A DNA stretch of 64,000 nt. Source: Torpedo marmorata. Taxonomy: Eukaryota. The stretch is from the NCBI GenBank assembly GCA_977017645.1, contig OZ360221.1, positions 205,592,001-205,656,000 on the forward strand, read 5' to 3'. Both the position numbers and the translations under genes were made by a program. Numbering within the stretch: position 1 is the stretch's first letter; every line of letters starts with the position of its first letter. Shown here in pieces: positions 38,629-51,385 of this stretch. The notes under the pieces were generated by a model. It worked only from the letters and a program-made list of their open reading frames with translations. It ran no database searches and had not been told where the DNA came from.

Positions 38629-39467
38629 TATCCTCACCTGCATCATTTGCTGTCTTCCTTGGCTCAGAAAAATATTTTTCTTTAGCGTCAGAAAACCGTG
38701 GTTTCAAAACCCATTGCAGACAGAATGTAGGTCAAGATTCCGGAGCTGTGTCGCTTGTGGGAACTGTTGATACGAGAGTAGAGAGGGGGAGGAGAGGGTG
38801 GCAACCTGCAACTTCTATATCACAGGGGACTGGTCCCTCTGCTGCCTTGACCAACAATCCTCCTTCAGTTACCACCACCCAGAACAGAGAGGACATTCAA
38901 TGCTGTGCACATGACAATTTAAAAAAACACATAGGAAATATCCAGAAAATACCGTTAACACTCTCAGGTCATTGACCTTTGGTCTGAATTGAGGAAAATG
39001 ACTGATTAACAGGTTTTAATATGCAGTGTTGAATGGAAGGGATGACAAAAGGCAAGGGGGTTGATTAAATGACACAGAGTGACATCACAAGATGGAAGAG
39101 GGGATAACTGGCCAAAAAAGGTGAATTAAATAGAAGCAGAAATATCAGAAATGACAGAAAGTGTGGTTTCTGGGCCAGTCACATTTTGTGCTAAGCTGTG
39201 CACTTCCTGTTTGGTAGTGAAACCTTGAGGTTGGAAGTGGCTACTTTTAACTTTGGTAAACCCCAACTCAGATGCTGGAAATCTGAAGTGAAGACACCAA
39301 AGTGCTGGGAATGCTGATTATTTGAAAATTGCTAAAACTTGAGAGTCAGTATGGTGGTAATATGTTAGTCAGAAAGCAAGCGTTCCTGGAGCAGAGCAAC
39401 AAGCTAGGTACAGGTGAGAGTGGGGTGCACAATTAAAAGTAGCAGATGGCCACAAGCTTATTTATTT

Positions 39468-39706
39468 TATTTAGACATACAGCACAATAACAGGCCCTTC
39501 CGGCCCACGAGCCCATGCCACCCTTAATACACCAATTTAACTATAAACCCTGTATGTTTTGGAAGACGGGAACAAACTGGCACCCGGTGGAAACCCACGC
39601 AGACACAGGAAGAACGTACAAACTCCTTACAGACAGTGGTGAATTCAAACACGTATCACTGTCGCTGCACTAGTGTTGCACTAACAGCTACGCTAGCTGT
39701 GCCACC
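39468..39706 (-). mobile_element. V-SINE
   Basis: ttagacatacagcac...ggaaacccacgcagacacaggaagaacgtacaaactccttacagacag. Confidence 0.92.
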
Positions 39707-41604
39707 TAGATGACCAAAACATTTGCAAACTGAGTGTGAGTTTTCCCAATCAACCTTTGTTCACCTCAAGGTGGGCTTGGATTTTTCCAAAATGCATCCA
39801 GAGCCCTACCTGGGAAATAAAGTTGAACATTCCATTGCTCCCACCGTCCTCCCCCCCACCCCACCCCCCAATCACCACCAATTTAACTACATGCCAACAA
39901 TAAATGGCAGCTTCCCAGAATTTCTTTGGCTTTCAGAACTTTCATTAAAGACAGACCAATCTCAGTATTCTGCATGACATGAAAGTAGTTTGGAGGTGCT
40001 ACCAAAGGGGATAAAAAGAAATTAAAAGCGGGCAAACAAAAATCACTCGAAAAGCATGACTCCTGCCTGCATTACCTGAGGAGTTTTATTCCTGAGGCCA
40101 CATCATCTTGTAGAAATTTTGTTCACCGACTCCAGCATCCAACCTAGCAACTAACAGCTTCCGTGAGCAAAACCCAGTGGGACGTTTGTGAATGACTGGT
40201 TTTCCTTTGATGCCACATGCATTCTCTTGCAGGATGCACAGTCAGCTTCAACAACCCTGTTGTGCATTTGAATAAAGCATCATAAATAACAAAATCTACT
40301 AACCCTTAAAAGAATCAAGCCTAATCTTTAATACCTGGTCTGACAGAGAGAAGGGGTCCACCCTGTGCATGTCCTTAAAGATCAGTTTACAGAGATTCCA
40401 ATATAGTTTGCAGAATCTGTGTAAGGATTTGACATCACACAAACACAGAAAAAGAGCCAATCAGCCTGTCATGCCTGCCCTAACATCATGGCTGATCTGT
40501 CCCAACCTTCAACTCTTCTTCTGTGACCTCAACGCCCCCTTCCCAAAATAATTCAAAAACTTATCGACCTCCACTTTAAATCTTCAATGACTGCGCCCAG
40601 TTTGCGATTTTGTGGTTACTTTGGCTTGAGGTTAGAGAACAAAAAGTTGATGCATCCTACCAAAGCTTTTATATATAAACCAAAATTAACCAATTTTGTC
40701 CAACAGAAATAACATTGAAAACTCTAAACCAAACAATACAAAAACTCGCTCCCAAAATATACTAAATTGGCAAACAATTGCATCACCTGCAAAATAGATT
40801 TGGAAACCTCAGCGGATGCAGTAAAAACCAAATGTACGGCAGGTTATTGCACACAAACTGGTTGCATCATTCGTTTATACCCCATTGGTAACCCATGAAA
40901 GGACATCACAAGGAACTCAAAGACACGCCATAAAGGAAAACCCACAGTTGAGATATTCTTTCCATATATTGAATGCAGAAGGCAGAATTTACAAAGGTGT
41001 TCTGGCTGATCCTCATGATTTAATGGGGTCTCTACTCAGACAGATTAAATTCTGGCTTCGTCAACAAACAAACCCCAAATTAGCCATCAAATTAGCAGTC
41101 AAGCCTACCACATCCTTGCCAACCTTTTGGCCTATTTTTCACTAGCCCTATGAGGTCTGCATCCTTATGTGCCTTGCCTATTTAAAGTATCTTAGTGCCT
41201 CTTAAACATAGTAAATGTCTGATTCACTACCTCCTCTGGCAACAGGCTTCAGTTTAAACCATTGTGGTTTTTTAAAAAACTACCCTTTAAATTACCTACT
41301 GCTCTCCTCAAAATTATGCCCTCTTCCTTTGACACCTTTACCTTGAGAAGATTTTGACCATCAACTTATTTATTCATTCTCTCACGCATTGCTCTGCAGT
41401 CTACTCACTCACAAATGCCCATCAACATATTCTCAATACCAAATAGTAATGCATAGCTGAATATTGCATGCTACCCTACCAGTGCTGGATTTTTAGTTTT
41501 CTGCTCTTCTCCTCAACCCCCCCCCCCATTCTCATCCAAGTGTAAATGCCTTGCATTCTCAGAAGGCCAGATGGAAACCTGAGACAGCAGAATCCTAAAG
41601 GTAA

Positions 41605-41730
41605 ATCACGAAAATCTGTAAACACCGTGGTTGAAGTAAAAAACACAAATGCTGGAGAAACTCAGCAGGTCAAACAGTGTCTTTTATGTAGCAAAGGTAG
41701 AAATACATAACCGACGTTTCGGGCTAAATC
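41605..41730 (-). mobile_element. Penelope-like terminal fragment
   Basis: caccgtggttgaagtaaaaa(a)cacaaatgctggagaaactcagcaggtcaaacag is near-identical to 54765-54819; ends ccgacgtttcgggct. Confidence 0.8.
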
Positions 41731-42294
41731 CTAGCTACATCCGAACATTTAGGCCAATTGCAGTCTTTGCCAACATCAACCAGACCCACAGATCAGGCCC
41801 ATGGCATCTGCTCTGCTCTCTCCAGACAAACCCATTCAGTCATACAGGGGAAACCGAGGCGCTGAAGAGAGGGAAATATCAGACACAAGCTTAGTTGCAG
41901 CTTTCCAATTCTACTCAATTCACCAGATAAGAAATGTTTAACCAGGGAATGGCAACGCATTTGCCCTTGGCAGTTTCATTCCAAACTTTCAATCAATTTC
42001 GGCCATTTTCTAAGGAAACAAATCTCCTGACATTTTAAAGTAACTGCATTCTCACATTACCTTCTGCACGACAAGTTTGAATAGTCTCCAAAATCTGCTT
42101 CACATTTTAAAGTACTTTGAAACTGCAAATCTTTGTTTGATAACATTTAATTTTGCAATTGGAGATAAGTCACACTCCATCCTAATGCAACTTTGTTGAG
42201 TCCAGGAAACTGGTGTAATATTAAACACTTTTACTTGTTCCTCACATTTGATCTGTTCTCAGTAGAAAGCTATCCAGTCATGAATTTTTTAAAA

Positions 42295-42514
42295 AATGAA
42301 ACAGCACAGTAGAAGGCCGTTCCAGCCCATGAAACCCATACCGCCCATTACACCTACCGTAGTTAACCGACCAACCTCTAAGTTTTGGAGGGTGAGAGGA
42401 AACTAGAGTACCTGGAAAAAACCTACACAGACACAGATAATGTACAAAGTTCTTACAGACAGTGTCGGATTCGAACCCGGGTCGCTGGCACTGCAATAGC
42501 ATTGCGCGAACCGC
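42295..42514 (-). mobile_element. V-SINE
   Basis: acagcacagtagaaggccg...cttacagacagtgtcggattcgaacccgggtcgctggc. Confidence 0.9.
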
Positions 42515-43689
42515 TAAAAAGGGTTAACCACATCTTCAATGACAGCAGCGAATCACATCCACACAAAAAAAATTCTGCATCAACTTCCAAGCTGCTCTCA
42601 AAACCAATGTCAAGTATGGATAGGAGTGACTGCATCATTTCACAGCTTTGACTTTACTCCACGTGGAAAGGGAATGCAGGGAACCCAAATTCAACATTTA
42701 TGCATAACGTAAAAGATGGCCAATGAACAGACAGCCCGAACTACACAGCTTATGCAATGTCAAGTTAATTTTAGCTCAAGCACAACATATTCATCCCCTT
42801 ACGTCTAACTCTCATATCAAGGCACTGCAGTGAAAACAGTGCTTGGTGACGCAGAAATTCAGGATGTGGATTTAGTGGGTTCCCCCACTGTCAACAACCA
42901 AATGTAGCACTGCAGCTCCAAGATAAATTTCCACCGTTCTACTATGGAGGTTGAAGAGTCAATGCTACTTTTACAAGACTCACTAACAGCTCTGTTTCCA
43001 TGCTGGGTGGTTTCATGACGAAGCACCAACATGACTGGACACTTGTGGAAAGTTCAGGTAAGTGCTCTTCCCTTAACCATTGCAGCCAATCTCTGATAAT
43101 CCACTCTCCGATTTGGCGGCTGCCTCACAGGATGTTTCCCATGCTCCTTCTTAAAGGGGTGTTGTTTGCTATGAACTCACATTGCAATATTTATTACACA
43201 GCAGTATAACATACAAAAGAAAGCAAATTTAAAAAAGCATTGGAGTATTAATAGGAATAACATCTGGTCTGTTTTCTTGCTGTATAACTGACAAAAGCAT
43301 AAGCAGCTGGATTCCACCCAAAAACGTACAGGGTTTGTAGGTTAATTGGCGTATTTGGATGGCATGGGCTCGTGGGCTGCAAGTGCCTGTTTTCTTGCTG
43401 TATAACTGTGACAAAAGCACGAGCAGTAGATTCCATCCAATGGGCTGTCCTCCGCTTGGCAGGAAATTTGAGAACATGGGCCCTGGAGAAAATGTTAGAC
43501 AAAATAGATGGGATAAACTTTTGTACAGTATTAACCCCCAGGCCAAAATGGGTGTGCGTAGTCAACGTCATGACAGCAAGTCTGATATTTTTTAAGCACA
43601 ACCAGGATAAAATATTTACAAGGCTCAATTAGGTGCAATATAACTGCTGAGGTTTAATAAAGCACAACTGATTAAAAAATAGAGGGGAA

Positions 43690-43840
43690 AAATAATGAGG
43701 TGATAAATTGACAGATGCGCGGAAGAATAGTGACTGATATGTTAGAGTGATGTTAGTGTTAGACAAATACTCTCCAAACAGTTCCCTGTAGATTATCCTG
43801 ACAGGGATGCCTGCAATTTTACAGGTTTTCACATTTGTCA
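43690..43840. promoter_or_regulatory. Candidate enhancer (PBX-HOX plus MEIS motif cluster)
   Basis: TGATAAATTG (43701-43710) overlaps TGACAG (43709-43714); another TGACAG at 43799. Motif evidence only. Confidence 0.3.
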
Positions 43841-45929
43841 CTGGTGTGGTGCAGCTCAGCAGAGAGTGGGGGCCCACATCATCTCACCCAAACACTAATG
43901 GATCAGACCTAAAAAATAAACTGCAATCAGGTTAACAAGGGGTGTGTTTAAGCAAAGCAAAGCATCAACAGGCCCATCCATGCCTGTGTAAACTAATAGA
44001 AACACAAAGCAGCAGATAGTTGTAATTTGGATTTACATTGGTGCCTGCTTATTCAAAAAACGTCCTGGGGCATTTCCCACTGGTTAATGAGAAAAAAATT
44101 ATACTTCTTGAAATTTTGCTCTTTTGGGTTGTGCAAATCCCTTCCTCGCATGCAGCTTTTGTTGCCCCTGGATCCCAGCCACTTCTAAATGGGGCGCAGC
44201 AGAGGCACAACATGCAGCGCATTTTTCACACCCATTTAACCAATGGCTGTCAGTCTCCTCTGCCTCTTCAACGTTCCTCAGCAGTGACCTCACGAAGCCC
44301 GCTGGAGCTGCAGGGCTACATCTGCTCGTCACCACGAAGCTCAAAATTGATTTGCGGAGAGCAGGATCAAATTTTCACAAGCAGAAAGGGTTTTGGGAGT
44401 TAAAATGGATGATCCCTGAAGGATCTCTGAACACCCATCTTTTACTCATCATCTGGCCAGCTCTAAAGTAGCAGGCAAAAATGTACTGCTATGCAGCACA
44501 CCCTTATAAATATAAAAATGCACGTGACACAGGCTCCAAAATCAGATGGCTCTGTGAGAACTGGAGCCAGGTGCTGTCAATGCTTGGGTCGAAGGCAGGA
44601 AGGTTCTGAATGCTCCTTGCTTTACAAAGGAAAGAAGTACTTTTGGGTTGCAGCTATAAAATATTTCCATGTCCATTCTATTTACTCGGCGCTTTGGATT
44701 CCTGGGCTGGCCGGCCTCATGAGTTGTGTGAGATGAAGCAACCACTGACAGCTTTTTTGCATTTGTAAAGGGCCCTCAGCAGCTGTGGTTATCCCACCAT
44801 AGAGCAATGAATTAAGTCTTGAAACCCAGTGGAGTCTAAATAGAAGACTGCTCAGCACAAAACAACAATATTATCCATGTTACTCTGGTTTTATTGTCAC
44901 ACCCAGTTTAACAAAATGGCATTTAAAACCTCAGTCTGCTTTCAACATTTTTACAACCCAATAAAATGCATTACTACATACACCACGTCCACATTGACTG
45001 AATGTGCATTTCCACTACTCCGGGGCATTTGTTAATATACTCAAATTTATGGGAATGAAGGCTACAAAACTAGACCATATCCTTGCAGCAGCCTAATTGT
45101 AAATTCGGGCAAATTAAACAATATCATCAATCCAATTTCAATGGCTTAATCTCTGCTACCTGACCAGATTAGAAAAGCAAAACTTGATTATGCCACATAA
45201 AGGCAGTTATTTATTTTACAAGTAGTATTAATGGCTTTTAAGTCCCACTGTGACACTAGGTAGAAAAAAAGGGATATGCCTTTGTTACGCAATACCCAAA
45301 ATTCAGTAACTTCGGTGGTTATTTATGGTTCAGTTACAAAACACAATCAACTTTAACTCGTCAAGCACCAGCAGGTTCCTATAGCCCAGCCTTTTCATTG
45401 TGCGTCACTGCTCAAAGTAAAACGACATCGTTTTCAATTACACATCTGATTAAGAGAGATCCAATTTGAAGGAAAATACTTGGGTTCGGCAGCCTCCACA
45501 AGCACCGTTAAAAATGAGGGGTTAAAACGTCACATTGGGCAAGTACAGTATTTAATTACAGATGTCCAAATAAACGATAGTCAAGAAGATGCGTTTAACA
45601 AGCAGCAGCTTGTCAGAAGCCATGTGTCACACTGATGTCTCTTTAACCATGAGTCACATTTCAAATGCACCAATCTCCTGATTTATAGAAGTGAGGATAG
45701 CGACTCAAAATGGATACCCACGAATTACAAGTACAGAAATTCAAAAATAATCCACCTTGTCCTTCACACAGCCACTTAAGCCCTGAAATTCCATCCATTA
45801 ATACCACTGTACCAGATATACATATTTATGAAAAGTCCTTCAATTAACCCGCATGAGTCGAATGAGACGAGATGATGTGAGTTTATTGTCATGTACACAA
45901 GTAGTGAAATTCTGACTTTTTTTTTTATA

Positions 45930-46150
45930 AAAAGAGATACAGCACGGTAACAGGTCCTTCCGGCCCACGAGCCCATGCCTCCCAAATACACCCATAGGGC
46001 CAATTAACCTACTAACCGTGTACGTCTTTGGAACATGGGAGGAAACCAGAGGAAACCCATACGGTCACAGGGAGAACTCCTTACAGACAGTGTAGGATTC
46101 AAACCCAAGTCCCGGTCGCTGGCGCTGTACAACATTGCACTAACCGTGCC
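45930..46150 (-). mobile_element. V-SINE
   Basis: gatacagcacggtaacaggtccttccggcccacgagccc...ctccttacagacagtgtaggattcaaaccc. Confidence 0.9.
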
Positions 46151-47611
46151 TTCCACAAAATTTTCCCACAAAACACAGCAAATGGAAGATGGTTATCCAC
46201 CTGCAACGGGTGCATTAAGAAAAAACGAATCAATCCCATTCACTAAAAGTACCATCGTAAGTTAGTAATTGGCAGAAAATATTCAATTTCAGACCTCCTG
46301 ACTGAAAATTGTAGTGTCATTAATATAGTTATTTGAAAACTTAAACATAATACCGCTACGAGTTCCAGTTTCTCAAAATAAAAGGCAGAGTAACGTGGCA
46401 CCAAAGTGGAGTGAAAAAGCCAGGACCTCATTTTTCAATACACACCAAGTATAAAACCAGAGGTTATAAAACCAGTGAGCTGCATTTACAGCATCTTATT
46501 TTAACCAACCACTGACTTCAGTTAAAGACCTAACATATTTGCTTTTGGTAGAGCTTGTGTATTGTATAAAAACCATATTTAATCAAAAATGGCATAATTT
46601 TACCATTCAAAACTAGTCTAAGGAACATTTCAAGCGATGGCAAATTAATGGATTACCTTCAAGGCAGTGCATTTCAACAAAGGACAATATCATACACCTC
46701 TATTTGTACATGGATATAAGCAATAAAAGTGGCAAATTCCTCTTTCATTTTCATGTCTGAAAGGGACCAGAGTACAGAAGCAATTTATTCTACATACAAT
46801 CAACTTTTCTCCAGAACAAAATAGGCTTAATCAGTTTTACACAATGTGATTTGCTTACAGTACAAGTTGCTATAGAACCTTTAGGATACAGGCATAGCAC
46901 AATGCATACTGCAGCTGAAAGGACATCCTAAACAGTGCCTCAAATAACCAACGCATCACAAGTGTAACAGCACAGGGCACGCTGCCTGCTCCCACTCCTA
47001 GCTGGGAGCATGAATATTAATTCCCAGCAGGAGGTCTGACCAGTTTTCTCTCCCCAGGGTTGCCAACGCCACCAGAGTCAAAGTGAGTGAACAATAAAAA
47101 AAAATTAAACCTGGCACCTGCTTGGCCTATAGAACCCCAAGTGAATCCCTATTCAAGTTTAATGACAGTTTCCTTGCGTGTAAAGAAAGCAGACAGAACT
47201 GAAATGCAATTCTTTCCGAGATGCATCTTCATACCAAAGCTGGGAATCGGGGGAGGGGGAAAGAATAAAACAGGAGTATTCGGACCTGAAATGCGATTTG
47301 CAATTTGACCTGGGGTGACATCCTCCCTGGGTTAGAGAAGGAATAAAGTCAACTAGAAATCTGGCTCTTAATTTTTTTCTCAACCCTCTATGTTGGCCTG
47401 GGGTATAAATGGGAATTAGTCCAGACTGTGACAATCCTGCTGACAAAAGAAATGAGTGATGTCGAAGAACCTGCATAGCAACAAAAAATGAAACTAAAAT
47501 AGGTGTCCTGATGTACAAATACACAATTCTAATGAAAAATCAAAGAGGAACTCGTACATTAAACTAGAAGATCGTTACAGAGTTCATCCCTGGAGCACAA
47601 TGACAGAAAAC

Positions 47612-47870
47612 AGGGCGGCACGTTTGGCGTAGCAGTTAGCACAACGCCTTTAAAGCGCCAGCGATTGGGACCGGGGTTCGAATCCCGCGCTGTCTGTAAG
47701 GAGTTTGTACGTTCTCCCCGTGTCTGCTTGGGTTTTCTCCGGGGGCTCCGGTTTCCTCCCACCATTCAAAATGTACCGGGGGCGTAAGTTAATGGGGTGT
47801 AAATTGGGCGGCACGGACTCGTGGGCCGAAATGGCCTGTTACTGTGCTGTATGTCTAAATTTAAATTTAA
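47612..47870 (+). mobile_element. Full-length young V-SINE
   Basis: A-box-like tggcgtagcagtt, B-box GGTTCGAATCCC (47675-47686), V-domain, CR1-like tail gggccgaaatggcctgttactgtgctgtat, and a (taaatt)n end. Confidence 0.96.
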
Positions 47871-47899
47871 AATGCAGAGGGTGTCATCTATATGGATTT

Positions 47900-48590
47900 T
47901 CAGAAGTTATTTGACAATATCTAGTGTAACAGGTTGGTTAGTAAAATTGAAGCCCATGGAATAATTGGCAGCACGGATAAGAAATAAGGTTAGAGAGTTG
48001 CAGTAAACAGTGAAGGGCGATATGGCAGTGTAGCGGTTAGCGCAACACTATTACAGCGCCAGCGACCCGGGTTCGAATCTGGCGCTATAAGGAGTTTGCA
48101 TGTTCTCCCCATATCTGCGTGGGTTTCCTCCAGGTGCTTCTGTTTCCACCCACGTTCCAAAGGTGTACGGGATTGGTAGATTAATTGGTCACATGGGTAT
48201 ACATGGGCGGTGCAGGTTTGTGGGCCGGAAGGGCCCGTTACCGTGCTGTATCTCTTAAAATTTAAAAGAAAATGAAATTGAACAGTTGATCTTCAGAATA
48301 GAGGAAAAGTGGAGTTTAGAGCATCAAAGAGGTCAGTGATGAGAACACTGCTGCTATTTGTGGTTTATTATTCACGATTTAAAGACATTGGTATGCTGGA
48401 TAAAAGTTCAAAAGTTGCAGATGACAATGCTTGGAAGTGTGATTAATAGTAACAGACTTCAAGAGGATTCATACAAGTTGCTGCAAGGTGTAGACAAAAC
48501 CTGAGTGCAAAGTGATGCATTTCAGCATCAAGAACAAGACTGGACAATAGAGATTAAATGGTACAATCCAACAGAAGATGCAGGAGCTGT
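47900..48590 (+). mobile_element. Old CR1-like RT remnant interrupted by a V-SINE
   Basis: aggttggttagtaaaattgaagcccatggaata (RLVSKIEAHGI) before the SINE; tcaaaagttgcagatgac (SKVADD) and aaagtgatgcatttc (KVMHF) after it. Confidence 0.7.
48012..48265 (+). mobile_element. V-SINE
   Basis: gcgccagcgacccgggttcgaatctgg...ggagtttgcatgttctcccc...gggccggaagggcccgttaccgtgctgta. Confidence 0.93.
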
Positions 48591-48934
48591 GAATGACAGC
48601 CAGAGATTGATCCCTCTTCAGTAGTTAACTGTGTACTTCACTTTGACTTGGAAATCCATTCTTCCTTCAGAAGCAGGTTATGCTTAATTTTTTTTAACCA
48701 AAATGCCCAATATTGGCATTGAGACCTGTGAGGAAATAGGAATATTGAATTTATTACAGCTGTACCCTGCAGCAGTGCAGAGAAGTTTAGCACTTCCAGC
48801 CAGTTCACGGGCTGAATTTATTTTGTTCCTGTTAATGTTCATCGTTCTCAGTTTCCAGGCGTAGCCACATGACAAAGCTACTAGCCTACACCTTAAACCT
48901 TGTATCCCAGCCAATCAAACCTCTGCAATTCCAA

Positions 48935-49188
48935 TGGGAAGTTTTTCTTTGTGGGGGGGTTCATAAAACAAGTTTCAGTTTCCTCTCGCATCTCAAAGAT
49001 GTTCATGTCAGTAGATTAATTGGCCACGTTAAACGATCCTTAGTGTGTAAGTGAGGGTTAAATCTGGTGAGATGGGGGGGGGGGGGGTAGTTGATGGGAA
49101 TGTGGGGAAAATAAAATGGGTAGATAGATATAAAAGTAGCTCACTCCGTGGATGGACCATAGGTCTGTTTCCACGCTGCATCTCTCTG
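48935..49188 (+). mobile_element. Degenerate V-SINE of a second, longer-tailed family
   Basis: cagtttcctctcgcatctcaaagatg...gattaattggccac...gttgatgggaatgtgggga...ggtctgtttccacgctgcatctct. Confidence 0.65.
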
Positions 49189-49736
49189 ACTCCAGATGCA
49201 CTAATTTGCCAATTAATCATAAGCAACGTTATTGACAATTAAAGTTAGCAATTTTATGTTTTGGCAGAGATGTTTTTTCTGCTGAAGAACTGCCTCTTGC
49301 TGTGGTAGAGCTCCATGGCCACCTGTAGACCCTAAATGTAAATAACCCACCTTGTCTTCAACCAAGATTTCTAATCTAAACAGTATTCCTCCTGGAATTA
49401 GCAGCCTTTTAATAAACTATTGCATTTCAAAGCATGTCTAATCAAACACTGAAACACTTGTACAAGATCCAGAATAAACTTGGCGGCCTGCAGTTTGTCT
49501 ATATCATCGCGCAGACAGAATTATGGCCTTGTGGCAGAAAGTTTTGTTTTACAAAGCTCCCAAGTTCCAGTGTCCAGACAACTTCCAATGGGAAGTTTTT
49601 TCTTGGCGGTAGGGTGGGAAAGAGAAGGCAGGCAGAAACAAGGGTACACAAAGAGAAAGTAGATTCTACTACTGTTTTTCAAAAGATCTGAGATTAGATC
49701 CTACAAGTTTTGATTTTCTTGCGGTTTCCTTTCGTA

Positions 49737-49980
49737 GGGCAGCACGGTTGGCGAAGCGTAGCGGTTAGCACAATGCCTTTACAGCGCCAGCGACCAGACC
49801 TGGGTTCGAATCCCGCGCTGTCTGTAAGGAGTTTGTACGTTCTCCCCGTGTCTGCGTGGGTTTTCCCCGGGGGCTCCGGTTTCAAAAACGTACCGGGGTG
49901 TAGGTTAATGGGGTGTAAATTGGGAAGCACAGACTCGTAAGGCCGAATTGGCCTGTTACGGTGCTGTATGTCTAAATTTT
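49737..49980 (+). mobile_element. Full-length young V-SINE
   Basis: gggttcgaatcccgcgctgtctgtaaggagtttgtacgttctccccgtgtctgc is identical to the 47612 copy. Confidence 0.96.
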
Positions 49981-50187
49981 TTTTTAATAAATTTAAATAA
50001 AAAAATTTAAATAGAGACCAGGATGCTTCACTGAGAATGGATCAAGATCTCAACACTTTCACATCTTTTGAGAACAGATCAATAAGCAGGTAATCATTTA
50101 GACTGGCAAATGAAGGCAATCTTCAACAACAAAAAAGCTCTACCCCATCTCATGGGATGATAGAAATAGCAGCAAATACTGCAACAC

Positions 50188-50448
50188 AGGGTGGCATGGT
50201 TAGTGTAGCAGTTAGCGCAACACTGTTACAGCGCCAGCGATCAGCACCAGGGTTCGAATCCCGCGCTGTCTGCAAGGAGTTTGTACGTTCTCCCCATGTC
50301 TGCGTGGGTTTTCCCCAGGGGCTCCGGTTTCCTCCCACCATTCAAAACGTACAGGGGTTGTAGGTCAATTGGGTGTAATTGGGCGGCACGGGCTCGTGGG
50401 CCGAAATGTCCTGTAACCGTGCTGTATATCTAAATTTAAAATTTAAAT
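50188..50448 (+). mobile_element. Full-length young V-SINE
   Basis: Same B-box, V-domain and tail as the 47612 copy. Confidence 0.96.
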
Positions 50449-51182
50449 TGCGATTGCACAACACTTAACTATCTGGTGGACCACAGTTATAGCTGAGATA
50501 AAGGATCTGGATATTTTCTGGCTAAAATCACACAATCTCCTCAAAAGAAAACTTGGGTATTATAGCTAAACTGGACTCTCATGTTAGGGTTCTGCAGAAG
50601 GCTATGGTTTAGAAAAAACACTCAAATAGTTTCACCGAATTGATGACCATTTAGTTCAATATATTTGTATTGATACTCCAAAATAAATAAAAAAATTCTG
50701 GTCAAAGAAAAAAAAATTCAACTGGTCTGGCAGAATCTGTTGAGTGATAAACAGTTAACCTTTCCACTTCGATAGCTTCCTTCACCAAAAGGTCCATTGC
50801 AAGCCCCTGGGGCACCAGATTCAGAGAAGGCTCACAGAACAATGGAATTGTTCATGGACAGCAAAGCCTCAACTGTTCAGATCCCAGCTCGGCAAACTAC
50901 TGCAATGGGGAGCAGAAATTGCTGGACGTGCATGGGATCGACCTTTCAGGTAAACAATCTCTCCACAGATGCCACCCGACCTACTGAATATCAACATCTG
51001 TTGTGTTTGTTTCAGCTTGCCAGCACCCACATTACTTTGACTTGGGACAGCCAGCTGCTGCTGGCTTGAGAGTTGACCCCAGGGGGAAACATCAAAATCA
51101 GTGCGATTTTCCACAAATCTTCTTCCCGACTGAAACAAAATCAGCCATGGCTCAGTAGTAGCACTCAATGCCAAGTCGATTC

Positions 51183-51385
51183 ATGGCACGGCTAGCACAA
51201 CGCTATTAGTGCCAGCGACCCGGGTTCTGTCCGTAAAGAGTTTATACATTCTCCCAGTGTCTGCGTGGGTTTCCTCCCGCATTCCAAAGACTTACAGGGT
51301 GAGGGTTTGTAGGTTAATTGGGGTATTTTGATGTAATTAGGCTTGTGGGCCTGAAGGGCCTATTACTGTGCTGAATCTACAAATT
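51183..51385 (+). mobile_element. V-SINE with internal deletions
   Basis: gccagcgacccgggttc...gtgtctgcgtgggtttcctccc...gggcctgaagggcctattactgtgctg. Confidence 0.85.

Noticed and set aside
42990-43057. Plus-strand candidate exon ending CAG|GTAAGT
   Set aside because: Acceptor lacks a polypyrimidine tract and the peptide is not recognisable.
47612-47690. tRNA gene (A and B boxes)
   Set aside because: It is the tRNA-derived SINE head and continues into the V-domain; the same applies to all other copies.
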